From: an uncultured Candidatus Saccharibacteria bacterium
Lineage (GTDB): Bacteria; Patescibacteriota; Saccharimonadia; Saccharimonadales; UBA10212
Length of the DNA: 64,000 nt
Reading direction: 5' to 3'
NCBI GenBank assembly: GCA_964567555.1
Contig: CAZMNA010000003.1
Span: forward strand, 18,882-82,881
Shown piece after piece: positions 51,674 to 61,121 of the stretch; positions within the stretch are counted from its first letter, which is position 1; every line of letters starts with the position of its first letter. The notes beneath the pieces were generated by a model that was given only the letters and a program-made list of their open reading frames with translations, did no database searches and had not been told where the DNA came from. Position numbers and translations under genes: made by a program.

Positions 51674-51784
51674 GTGTCATCGTGAGGTGACGCGGTAAGA
51701 TCAGCAATGAAACTACCGTCTAGGTAACCCCTCCCTCGTGGAAGAGTTACCACAAAAATAGGGCCCTCAAAAGCCCTATTTTTG
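51674..51784 (+). ncRNA. candidate small RNA, copy A
   Basis: TTGACG-17-TATAGT promoter, three hairpins, intrinsic terminator, no credible ORF. Confidence 0.6.
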
Positions 51785-52236
51785 GTTTCCGGGACAGACC
51801 AAGCCAGCTTTCTCGACGGCCCAGCCACCGATACCGCTGGCTTTCTTAGTCTATTGCTTCGTCAGGAGCTTGCGTTGCTTGCTTGCAGTATCTTTGCATA
51901 CAGCTTCTCTCCGCTACTCGCTCCTTTCTCGCACTAGATCTAAATCTGCCTCCGGCAACTATTGGCAAAGTGCCTAAAACTTGGGCGGGGATTGTAGAAA
52001 TAACAAAAATCTTTACAAGATTTAGCCATTTAGGTTATGCTTTTTTCAGGCTAAGCAAAAAGCCAAAAGTACACCTCACAAAAAAGGGCGGGCAGTCACC
52101 CGAGTTGGATTGATTGCTCGCCCATCTCTTTGACCGCAGAGTCGCCTGTGGATAATTAAGTTTATTGCAAAAAATACTACGCTCTAAGGTGTTATGAGCG
52201 CGTTGACACACAATGAACGGCGGACTATAGTTAATA

Positions 52237-52321
52237 GCGTCATCTACTTTGTGAGGTGACAGATAGACTCCCTAAAAAGAGACTATCGCCAAAGACAGGG
52301 CCCTCAAAAGCCCTGTTTTTG
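52237..52321 (+). ncRNA. candidate small RNA, copy B
   Basis: TTGACA-17-TATAGT promoter; homologous hairpins with compensatory changes. Confidence 0.6.
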
Positions 52322-52367
52322 TTTTCTCAAGCTTTTATCAGCCACACATTGGTAAACTACCCTTTGT

Positions 52368-52934
52368 ATGCGAAAAACGATTGCCATTATTGCCTGCGTC
52401 GCCCTACTTGGGATTTTGAGCTATGGCCTGCACCAAACGGGCGGTCCACAAGGCCTAGTCCAGCCAAAAAAGACTTTGGCCGGCTCTTCGGTCTCAGCTA
52501 CTTCGCCGACGGGCGGAAGTGTGTCTTATAAAGACGGTACCTTCACCGGCAGTGCCGAGTATATGCCTTACGGCACGGTCCAGATTGCGGCTGTCATTTC
52601 GGGCGGCAAGATAAAAAACATAAAATATCTTCAGATGCCAAGCGGTCTAGGCCACACCAACCAAGTCACTTATGTCGCCGAACCGCTACTCAAACAGACA
52701 ACCCTCTCCGCCCAGAGTGCTAATATAGATTTTGTCTCCGGGGCAACTCTAACCAGCGAAAGTTATCAAGCTTCCTTACAATCTGCCTTGGACCAAGCAG
52801 CTACCTCAGGATCTTCGGGTTCAACCGGTAGCTCAAACGCGTCTAGCAATGCAGCGCAGGGTAACAACGCTAACACGAATAACTCAGGCAACACACCGGT
52901 TTACAATCAGCCCTACATCTACGGAGACCAGTAG
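52368..52934 (+). CDS. secreted FMN-binding (flavinylated) protein
   Basis: YKDGTFTG, IDFVSGATLTS flavinylation motif. Confidence 0.9.
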   Translation: MRKTIAIIACVALLGILSYGLHQTGGPQGLVQPKKTLAGSSVSATSPTGGSVSYKDGTFTGSAEYMPYGTVQIAAVISGGKIKNIKYLQMPSGLGHTNQVTYVAEPLLKQTTLSAQSANIDFVSGATLTSESYQASLQSALDQAATSGSSGSTGSSNASSNAAQGNNANTNNSGNTPVYNQPYIYGDQ

Positions 52935-52944
52935 CCTCCCAAAA

Positions 52945-53649
52945 ATGAGACAAACTTTTCATGTAATGGGGACAGTCGCGTCCCTGGACATCCCCGGCTG
53001 CGAGGACGGGGATGTCTTTAAAGCGGCCTTTGAGCGTCTACACAAAATCGATGAGGATTACAGCCCATTTAAACCAACCAGCTTAGTGAGCCGCTTTAAC
53101 GAAAATAAGTTAAAAAAGCCAGGGCCAGAATTTCAAAAAATAGTTACGGCCTGCCAGCAGTGGCAAAAAGCTACCGATGGTTACTTTTCGGCTTGGTACG
53201 GCAAAGAGTTTGAGCCCTCAGGCTACGTTAAAGGCTGGGCTATAGATGAGGCCGCCAAGGTTATAAAAAAAGCTGGTTATAAAACATATTGCCTGGGTAT
53301 CGGCGGCGATGTACTGGCAGCATCAGCCGGCGAAAAAATTTGGAAAGTCGGTATACAAGACCCCAGAAATCCTAAGCGATTGCTCCAGGCCGTGCATATG
53401 AGTAGTGGCGCCATAGCAACCAGCGGTGCATATGAGCGGGGCGCTCATATCATCAACCCAAAAACCGGGACCACAGCTAAAGCCTGGAAAAGCGTGAGCA
53501 TAATCGGGCCGGATATTATTAGTGCTGACGTGTTGGCCACGGCAGCCTTTGCGATGGAAGGCGCACCGGAATTTTTGGACGGCTGGCATGAGTATAATTA
53601 TCTGCTTGTGGACCCCAAAAATAGACAGGTGACTAATCTAGCAGCCTAA
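52945..53649 (+). CDS. apbE: FAD:protein FMN transferase
   Basis: VMGT, GYVKGWAID, GGD, ATSGAYERGAHIINP, ADVLATA. Confidence 0.92.
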   Translation: MRQTFHVMGTVASLDIPGCEDGDVFKAAFERLHKIDEDYSPFKPTSLVSRFNENKLKKPGPEFQKIVTACQQWQKATDGYFSAWYGKEFEPSGYVKGWAIDEAAKVIKKAGYKTYCLGIGGDVLAASAGEKIWKVGIQDPRNPKRLLQAVHMSSGAIATSGAYERGAHIINPKTGTTAKAWKSVSIIGPDIISADVLATAAFAMEGAPEFLDGWHEYNYLLVDPKNRQVTNLAA

Positions 53650-54530
53650 TTTAGGTCTTCAGTCCTGACCAACCCAAGATCAACGAAGTTTTTCACTAAG
53701 TGTGTCTCGCCGGCCGCTAAACAAGCGCGCGCTGCCTCCATGTACTCTTCCTTGGTAAAACTGGATCTGCTCGCTACAGCCTCAGTCGCCAGGAGTCCTT
53801 GGTCTCCAAGTATAGCCGCATTGGCCCCAGCCTCTTTCGCGCGATCTGCCCAGAAAGGATTTAATTTTTCGTCAAGTACTGCTGAAGAAATAAGATGCAT
53901 GCTCTGTTCCAAGGAAATCAGGCGCCTACTGATTTTTGTCATATCAATCGCCTCACGTAGGCCAGGGCTAAACTTAAAACGCGGTGCTCTATGAGACGCT
54001 AGCTCGTAAAGGCGGTCATTTGAGGCATTGTTAAAACCAATACTAAAGGACTCTTCGCGCTTAGAGTCTGGATTGTCGTCGTCAAAGACGTGCAGGAATT
54101 TCAGCGGGTCCGCTACTAACGCTCCCAAGGAGTCGTCTCTAATTAAGCTGAACGCCAGCTCGGCAGTAAGGTCATTCCTACCCTTCCACTCTTCCCACCT
54201 TAATATGGGGTTTGCAACTAAATTGTGGCCTGGATTTTTCTCGAGGATTAAGGTTGGCCCCACCCGGACGGATGAATGTTGAACATAGCCACTCGTGTGT
54301 CGGTAGGTGAAGTATCCATTTTCATGCCATAGATTATTAATAGCCTCGGCTTGCTCAACCAAGGCTCTATTGTGGCGAATCAGGGGGTGGTAGGCGCTTT
54401 TGGCAATCCGTTCTTGGGTTTTTTGTTCAATTCGCGCCTGCTTTTGTTCGGCTCTTGCGGTATCCCTTGCGGCATCAAGCTCCCGCTTTCGTCTTGTCCC
54501 GAGCCAGTTATCCAAGGTCTCGTAATTCAT
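53646..54530 (-). CDS. hypothetical protein
   Basis: 294-aa ORF with no recognised motif. Confidence 0.65.
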   Translation of the reverse strand: MNYETLDNWLGTRRKRELDAARDTARAEQKQARIEQKTQERIAKSAYHPLIRHNRALVEQAEAINNLWHENGYFTYRHTSGYVQHSSVRVGPTLILEKNPGHNLVANPILRWEEWKGRNDLTAELAFSLIRDDSLGALVADPLKFLHVFDDDNPDSKREESFSIGFNNASNDRLYELASHRAPRFKFSPGLREAIDMTKISRRLISLEQSMHLISSAVLDEKLNPFWADRAKEAGANAAILGDQGLLATEAVASRSSFTKEEYMEAARACLAAGETHLVKNFVDLGLVRTEDLN

Positions 54531-54576
54531 AGATGACTACAATACAATTTTCTGGGCGATTATTCAAGAGCGGGTT

Positions 54577-56064
54577 CTAATTGTAGCCGGGGAAGAAATC
54601 CGTCACGATCTGCCCGTAAGGAACACCGGCAGTAAGTAGTAGTTGACGCATGCCGGCTACATAACCTTGAGGGCCGGAAATATAAAACCGGCGCACCCTA
54701 AAATCAGGGATTTTTTTGGCAAGAGAACCAACGTCCAGGCCGCTAGTTATAAAGTGGCTGGTCAGGCCAACGCTGGCCGCCCGTTTAAACAACCCGGTAT
54801 ATGCAAATTCGTTTGCGTCATTTGCGTTATAAATAAGCACTATATTGCGCCAAGCGTTATGATCCAGCAGGGATTTAACCATGCTCCTAAATGGTGTCAC
54901 GCCAATGCCGCCGGCTAAAAAAGCTAGTCTGACCCGGGGATCCTCAGGCAGAACGAAATCCCCGGCCAGCTGAGCTGCCAAAATCTTTCCGCCCGGCTTC
55001 AGCGAGCCAAGAGCAGATTTAAAACCACTGGGTTGAGGCGGAACTTTGATAGTGAAGGCAACCGAAGGCTCGGTTGGTGAAGAGGCGATGGTTAGATAGC
55101 GGCGGTTGCCGCGGCTGTCTAAGCGTACGCCGGGCAGGGTCCATTCCATATATTGGCCTGGTATAAAAGCTAGTCTCTTTTTAGTCTCAAATATATAGCT
55201 ATAGATTCCACTGGCTTCTTTTTGGGAGCGCACCAGCTTGAGTACCATGCTGCGATTGGGGGACATGATAAAGGTCAGAATATTACCGACAAGCAATGCC
55301 TCCTCGGGCGCTAGTTTTAGGCGCGCAATTGAGTAAGCACCGCCGACAACTACAGCGTAAACCAGTTGACCGTTGAGTGTGGTCGGAGAAGTCAGCGGCT
55401 CGGTTAGCATGATGGTGGCAAAAAATAACAGCGAGCTATCTAAGATGGCAGCAACCAGTGTGCTGGCAGCGTGCTCGGCCGGCGCATAGGCCAGCGTATA
55501 GGACAAAAATATGGCCATCGTCACAGCCACCATCTGCATTCGTCTGATTCTTTTGACAATCAAAAAACCACCTATTAATACAAGTGGCGCTAACGGCTTA
55601 GTGCCAACCCACCAACTTGCATAATTATTGAGTCCAACCCCGGCGATGAGCGCGCCAAGTGCTGCCGGGTTAAAAATGTGCCGCCCGTGCCAAGTTAGGA
55701 TGAACTTACTCGCGATGGCTCCGAATCCTGCCACTGCCAATATCCCTAGGCCGTGGAGATTGGTAGCCGGAGTCATTATTAGGCTCAAAATCAGGGCGGT
55801 AATTAAATAAGATTCCTGATTGGCTGGTATCCTCAGAAGCTTGGCTAAAATCCAGTTGAGCGCGCCGCAGACGGCAATCAGCCAGCCAACCGAACTTAAA
55901 AGCTGCCAGGCGGTGAAGGACAGTTTGTGCAGACTAGTTAAGACCGCTGCTGCCAACACGTAAATAATCAGCGCGTAGAGCACTAGACGATAGGTCGTGA
56001 ACCTGTCCAGCAGTCTATCAATTACGTCTTCGGCCTTGGCCAAGGCTAAGTTGAGAGTTTTCAT
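54577..56064 (-). CDS. RnfD/NqrB-like membrane domain fused to an FNR-type FAD/NAD(P)-binding domain
   Basis: SKF....HIFNPA, MLTEPLTSP; PGQY, RYLTIASSP, AGGIGVTPF. Confidence 0.85.
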   Translation of the reverse strand: MKTLNLALAKAEDVIDRLLDRFTTYRLVLYALIIYVLAAAVLTSLHKLSFTAWQLLSSVGWLIAVCGALNWILAKLLRIPANQESYLITALILSLIMTPATNLHGLGILAVAGFGAIASKFILTWHGRHIFNPAALGALIAGVGLNNYASWWVGTKPLAPLVLIGGFLIVKRIRRMQMVAVTMAIFLSYTLAYAPAEHAASTLVAAILDSSLLFFATIMLTEPLTSPTTLNGQLVYAVVVGGAYSIARLKLAPEEALLVGNILTFIMSPNRSMVLKLVRSQKEASGIYSYIFETKKRLAFIPGQYMEWTLPGVRLDSRGNRRYLTIASSPTEPSVAFTIKVPPQPSGFKSALGSLKPGGKILAAQLAGDFVLPEDPRVRLAFLAGGIGVTPFRSMVKSLLDHNAWRNIVLIYNANDANEFAYTGLFKRAASVGLTSHFITSGLDVGSLAKKIPDFRVRRFYISGPQGYVAGMRQLLLTAGVPYGQIVTDFFPGYN

Positions 56065-56101
56065 CTTGAGATATATTTGCCCGCCAAGCTGAGAATGGGC
56101 T

Positions 56102-57286
56102 TTAGGGGTTACAAATCTTGCAGTCGCCGGCTTCGCGGGCTTCCTCCATCAACAGTTGTCCAGCCTTCCACCACGGCTCAAAGTCGCGGAAGCCGACAAA
56201 GTCGGCCGCATCTCTTAACCACCAGCCCAAACGGCCAAAGGTACCAAAATGACCCCACAGCACTGCCGCCCAGCCGTGACCGCACGGCGTGATATAAACC
56301 GGTTTCTTGGGTGTGTAAGCTTTCGGTGGAGCACCGGCCGCCAGCCGCTTTAAATTGCCGGCCACAAACTTAGCATCAAAGAGTGCGGTCTGGGCCATCC
56401 CGCTATAGGGCGTATCAGAGTTGTCGCCAATAACGTAAATATTGTCTTCTGCCGCCAGCTTCTCATCCACGGCTACCTTACCGTGTTCGCTCAAGGCAAA
56501 ACCGTTAGTGCTGTAAAACGGGTGATTGGCTACTCCGGCAGTCCAAATAACCGTATGACTAGCGATGGAGTGGCCGCTAACTTTCAATTCGTCGGCTGTC
56601 TCGGCTTGGACACTCTGGCCAAGGTATAACTTTACACCCAACTTTCGTAGGCGTTTTGCTACGGCTTTAGAATAAGCACCTGGCATACGGGGCATCAACC
56701 TGGGCTCGGCTTCCACTAAATCCACATGGAACTTGCGAGGAGGCAACTTGTGGGCTTGCCTGACTCTATCCAAGTAGCCGGGCAGGGCGCCAGCTAGTTC
56801 TACTCCGGTTGGGCCGCCGCCGATGATTACATAGTTAAGTTCGCCCTCACCTGTAGTCAAGCTTGTATGCAAATGCTCGCGCAGGCGCCGAGCTTCCTCT
56901 ACCGATTTTATACCGTAGGCGTATTGCTCTAAACCCTTAATGCCAAAGTAGTTGGTAACAACGCCCAGAGCCAAGACCAAGTCATCGTAGGCGCATTTTT
57001 TGCCGTCTTTGCTTAAAACCTGCTTTTTAGTGCGGTCCAGTTTTGCCGCAGTGCCGCCTACTAACTTAACCGGCCTATTCTCAAAAATACTGCTTAACAT
57101 GATTTTTGACGCGCCCAAAGAGCCTCCAGTGGCCGCCCTATAAAGAGTCGGGTAGTAGCGGAAATGATTGTGCTCACTCATTAGAGTCACTTCAAAACGC
57201 GTATCGCCGGATAGCTCAAGGGCTGTTTTTATGCCGCCAAAGCCTCCGCCCACAACTAGAACTTTTCTTTTTTGGTTCATTATCAA
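56102..57286 (-). CDS. ndh: type II NADH dehydrogenase-like flavoprotein
   Basis: GGGFGG, GGGPTGVELAG, WTAGV. Confidence 0.85.
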   Translation of the reverse strand: MIMNQKRKVLVVGGGFGGIKTALELSGDTRFEVTLMSEHNHFRYYPTLYRAATGGSLGASKIMLSSIFENRPVKLVGGTAAKLDRTKKQVLSKDGKKCAYDDLVLALGVVTNYFGIKGLEQYAYGIKSVEEARRLREHLHTSLTTGEGELNYVIIGGGPTGVELAGALPGYLDRVRQAHKLPPRKFHVDLVEAEPRLMPRMPGAYSKAVAKRLRKLGVKLYLGQSVQAETADELKVSGHSIASHTVIWTAGVANHPFYSTNGFALSEHGKVAVDEKLAAEDNIYVIGDNSDTPYSGMAQTALFDAKFVAGNLKRLAAGAPPKAYTPKKPVYITPCGHGWAAVLWGHFGTFGRLGWWLRDAADFVGFRDFEPWWKAGQLLMEEAREAGDCKICNP

Positions 57287-57332
57287 CTATTTTAGCCTAT
57301 TTTTCTGAGACTGCTTAGATTGACGTGGTATC

Positions 57333-58820
57333 ATGGAAAAATATGTTTACCGAGAGGGACTGCTAACAGTGGCGAATAGAGAACTATCTAAGCACTCAGA
57401 AAATAAGTGGAGAGTGTTGTCACTGCTGGTCATTGCCCAGTTTATGGTTGTTTTGGATGTTTCTATAGTTAATGTGGCTTTGCCGAGCATGGCTAAAGCC
57501 CTGCATTTTTCTGGCAGCAACCTCCAATGGGTCATTACCGCCTATACTCTGACTTTTGGTGGCTTCTTGCTCTTGGGCGGCCGAGCAGCCGATCTTTACG
57601 GTCGGCGCAGGATGTTCATCGGCTCGGTCTTCGCTTTTGCCGTGATGAGTTTGCTTTGCGGCTTTGCTGCGAGCGAGGATCAAGTCATTTTTGCTAGGGC
57701 CTTCCAGGGTCTGGCGGGGGCGTTTATGTCGCCAGCTGCGCTATCTATCGTTATCAGTGAATTCCGCGAAGGCAAAGACCGTAACACGGCGCTGGGCATT
57801 TGGGCGGCGGTGTCGGCCGGCGGTGCAGCAGTTGGGTTAGTGATGGGCGGTGTACTGACCCAGTACCTTAGTTGGCGCTGGAACTTCTTCGTAAATGTGC
57901 CTATTGGCGCTTTTGTAGTCTTCACTGCGATTAGACTTCTACCACACCATATCGGAGAGGAGCACAAGAAAACGCGTCTGGATTTCCCTGGCGCCGCCTT
58001 CGCTACCAGCGGTTTGGTAAGTTTGGTCTATGGCCTATCCAAGGCACCAGCCGATGGCTGGGGTTCTACCACAGTCTGGGCTTTTATAGTGGCTGGCATA
58101 GCTCTGATGGTGGGCTTCGTCTTAAATGAAAGCCGTACTGCTCAGCCGATGCTGCCGTTGAGCCTGTTTAAAACGCGTAATGTCTTGGGGGCTAATGCGG
58201 CCTTCTTGGTGATTGCCTGCACGATGTTCTCCATGTTCTTCTTCATGACACTATACGTCCAGCAAGTGCTTGGCTATTCACCAGTTAAATCCGGCTTTAG
58301 TTTCTTGCCTGTCACCTTTGTGATTGCCACCATGTCCGGCCTGGTCGCCAAATTTATTGTCCCCAAACTTGGTTACAAACCGCCGATGAACCTTGGTCCC
58401 CTGGTATTAGCGCTTGGGCTGTTCACGATTGCCCACACTATGAAAGTTGGCGGGACTTACTGGCATAATGTCTTTCCCGGTTTAGCTATCGCCGCGTCCG
58501 GCATGGGTTTAACTTTCGTATCCGGTACTCTAGCGGCTACATCAGGCGTCCCTAAGCATCTGTCGGGCATAGCTTCGGGCGTTTTAAATACCGCCCAGCA
58601 AGTAGGCGGTGCCATCGGCTTGGCAATTTTATCGGCGGTGGCATTTTCGACCATTCATGCTGAAACTTCAGCCGGCGGACCGGCTAATTATGCCCAGGTT
58701 CATGGTTACCAGGCCGGCTTGGATGTTGGTGTAGGTTTGGCGCTCGCCGCCGCTGTGGTCGTGCTGCTGGTGGTTAAAAACCACAAAGTTGATCCTAGTA
58801 AGATGATGCCGGGCGCTTAG
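57333..58820 (+). CDS. MFS DHA2 (EmrB/QacA) transporter
   Basis: LDVSIVNVALP, GRAADLYGRR, WRWNFFVNVP. Confidence 0.93.
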   Translation: MEKYVYREGLLTVANRELSKHSENKWRVLSLLVIAQFMVVLDVSIVNVALPSMAKALHFSGSNLQWVITAYTLTFGGFLLLGGRAADLYGRRRMFIGSVFAFAVMSLLCGFAASEDQVIFARAFQGLAGAFMSPAALSIVISEFREGKDRNTALGIWAAVSAGGAAVGLVMGGVLTQYLSWRWNFFVNVPIGAFVVFTAIRLLPHHIGEEHKKTRLDFPGAAFATSGLVSLVYGLSKAPADGWGSTTVWAFIVAGIALMVGFVLNESRTAQPMLPLSLFKTRNVLGANAAFLVIACTMFSMFFFMTLYVQQVLGYSPVKSGFSFLPVTFVIATMSGLVAKFIVPKLGYKPPMNLGPLVLALGLFTIAHTMKVGGTYWHNVFPGLAIAASGMGLTFVSGTLAATSGVPKHLSGIASGVLNTAQQVGGAIGLAILSAVAFSTIHAETSAGGPANYAQVHGYQAGLDVGVGLALAAAVVVLLVVKNHKVDPSKMMPGA

Positions 58821-59254
58821 GCCGACTGGCACGCTGAACAAAGTCCGTGAACCTCCAAAACATGGCCGCGTGGGGAAAGACCCTCTTTGCTGGCTACGGA
58901 ACTTATCATTGTCTCTAACATCTGGTTGGCCGGCAGGGTGTAAGTGCGGCCGCACTTGGTGCAGTAAAAATGGTGGTGGTGGCCTGCAAACATTTCAGAC
59001 AACTCAATCTTATATTTCCAGCCAATGTTTAAGCGGCTGACAATACCTAGGCGTTCAAACAGCTCAATCGTTCGATAAAGTGTAGCGCGGTCTGTCTTGC
59101 CTTGTCCGCGCTTGACCAGCACCTGCATGCTTTGAGCCTCTTGGCCCAACAGTAAATCAAATACTGCCAAACGGCTTTTGGTCAGACTGGCGCCGCTCTT
59201 TTTTAATATCGCTCGCAGGTCTTTATGTTGGGCACTCATCTCATCCATAGGCAA
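58817..59254 (-). CDS. Fur-family regulator (likely Zur)
   Basis: ATLYRT, HHHHFYCTKCG, CSAC; divergent from a ZIP gene. Confidence 0.88.
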   Translation of the reverse strand: MPMDEMSAQHKDLRAILKKSGASLTKSRLAVFDLLLGQEAQSMQVLVKRGQGKTDRATLYRTIELFERLGIVSRLNIGWKYKIELSEMFAGHHHHFYCTKCGRTYTLPANQMLETMISSVASKEGLSPRGHVLEVHGLCSACQSA

Positions 59255-59314
59255 TATTATAGATTTCTGCGACAGATTTGCAAAAAAATGATGTAGCCCG
59301 CTATTATCAAACGC

Positions 59315-60040
59315 ATGGAAGTTTTCTTATTCGCCCTCGCCGCTTCAATTGCTGCGCTGGCCGGCGGCTATACGGCTTTACGTAGCCGCAAGTGGTTAAA
59401 CCGGACATTAGCCCTCACAGCTGGGCTGGTTTTGGGTCTAGTGATGTTCGATCTGTTGCCTGAAATATTTAACATTGTGAAAAGCGACAACCTAGACCCA
59501 ACCTATCCCATGATTGCCATGGCCAGCGGTTTTTTGCTCTTCCATTTGTTTGAGAGGTTTGTGCCGCTGCACGAATCAAGCGAGGAAGCTTACGAGACCC
59601 ACCAGCACCCGCGCCTAGGTACTGCCAGAGCGATTGCTTTAACAGGGCATAGTTTTATGGACGGGCTATCCATAGGTGTTGCATTTCAAGTCAGTTCGGC
59701 GGTTGGTTTAGCCGTATCTCTGGCTGTGGTGGGGCACCGTTTTGCCGATGGCTTTGATACCACGACCTTCATGGTTTTTCACAAAAATAAATTGAGCCAC
59801 ATCAAAAACTGGATGGCGCTGGTAGTTATCATGCCGGTAGTCGGTGGCCTGCTGAGCTTAACGTTTAATCTAAGCGAGAAAGTGCTTGGGATTTATCTTG
59901 GTTTTTTTGCTGGTTTCATCCTCTACATTGCAGCCAGCAATCTCTTGCCCCAAGCTCACTCTAAAAACTACCCCCGCTCTTATTTTGGTCTGACGCTAGC
60001 CGGCGTGGTTTTCCTATTTATCGTCACACGCTTTTCATAG
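59315..60040 (+). CDS. ZIP-family metal transporter
   Basis: HSFMDGLSIG, HRFADG, LLPQAH. Confidence 0.88.
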   Translation: MEVFLFALAASIAALAGGYTALRSRKWLNRTLALTAGLVLGLVMFDLLPEIFNIVKSDNLDPTYPMIAMASGFLLFHLFERFVPLHESSEEAYETHQHPRLGTARAIALTGHSFMDGLSIGVAFQVSSAVGLAVSLAVVGHRFADGFDTTTFMVFHKNKLSHIKNWMALVVIMPVVGGLLSLTFNLSEKVLGIYLGFFAGFILYIAASNLLPQAHSKNYPRSYFGLTLAGVVFLFIVTRFS

Positions 60041-60056
60041 CCGGTACAATATAAGT

Positions 60057-61121
60057 ATGATTGTGGCGGTTATTATTTTGGCGGTGTTTTTCTTGGTCTC
60101 GGTGGCTGTGGTGGCATGGACGCTATCAAATAGACAGGCGCCCAAAGCCGATGCGGCCATGATGCTAAAAGCCGACATGCAAGAGCTAACCAAGGGCATG
60201 GGTGCACTGAAAGACAGTCTGCAAAAACAGTTGAGCGAACAGCTCGGCACATCTAATAAACAAATGCAGGCCCAGTTTGCGGCCAGCGCCAAAATTATTG
60301 CCGATGTTACACAAAAGCTGACCGAGCTAGACCGCACTAACAAAAGCGTGGGTGATGTCGCTAATGAGCTCAAAACCCTGCAAAACGTCTTGCAGAACCC
60401 CAAACAGCGGGGGGTATTGGGTGAATACTACCTGGATCAAATTCTTAAAAACCTTTTACCACCCGGCAGCTACGTCCTGCAGTACAAAATGGGACTGGCA
60501 ATGACCGTTGACGCCGTCATTAAGCTGGATGATAAACTTTTACCAATTGACTCCAAATTTTCCCTCGAAAACTACAACCGGCTGATTGACGCCAAAGAAG
60601 CCGAACGTCCAGCGCTGGAGCGGGCCTTCAAAGAAGATCTCAAACGTCGCATTGACGAAACAGCCAAGTATATCCAGCCCAGCAAGGGTACGCTTGACCA
60701 GGCGCTAATGTTTATCCCCAGCGAAGCGATTTACTATGACTTGTTAGCCAATAAAGTTGGTGCCGCTGGTGTGAGCGGACGTAACTTAATGCAATACGCG
60801 GCCAAAGATAAACGGGTCACCATTGTTGGCCCCAGCACCCTATCTGCCATGTTGCAGGTCATCGTGCAGGGCCTGCGCTCTATGGAAATCCAAAAAGACA
60901 CCGAAAAAATTAGGAAAAACATAGAGCAACTGTCTCGCCATCTAATTTCCCACAATGGTTATATGCAAAAACTCGGAAGCTCGCTGGGTACAACTGTGGG
61001 GCATTTCAACACCACCTACAAAGAGCTGGGCAAGATAGATAAAGACATTGTTAAGATTGCCGACACCGACTCGGTTGTTGAGCCGGTACTTCTGGAACGC
61101 CCGAGCTTGGACGAAGATTAA
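60057..61121 (+). CDS. rmuC: DNA recombination protein RmuC
   Basis: KQRGVLGE, IDSKF, MFIPSEAIY. Confidence 0.93.
   Translation: MIVAVIILAVFFLVSVAVVAWTLSNRQAPKADAAMMLKADMQELTKGMGALKDSLQKQLSEQLGTSNKQMQAQFAASAKIIADVTQKLTELDRTNKSVGDVANELKTLQNVLQNPKQRGVLGEYYLDQILKNLLPPGSYVLQYKMGLAMTVDAVIKLDDKLLPIDSKFSLENYNRLIDAKEAERPALERAFKEDLKRRIDETAKYIQPSKGTLDQALMFIPSEAIYYDLLANKVGAAGVSGRNLMQYAAKDKRVTIVGPSTLSAMLQVIVQGLRSMEIQKDTEKIRKNIEQLSRHLISHNGYMQKLGSSLGTTVGHFNTTYKELGKIDKDIVKIADTDSVVEPVLLERPSLDED

Noticed and set aside
51548-52200. oriC
   Set aside because: No dnaA/dnaN nearby, only one perfect box and no clear unwinding element; skew could not be computed
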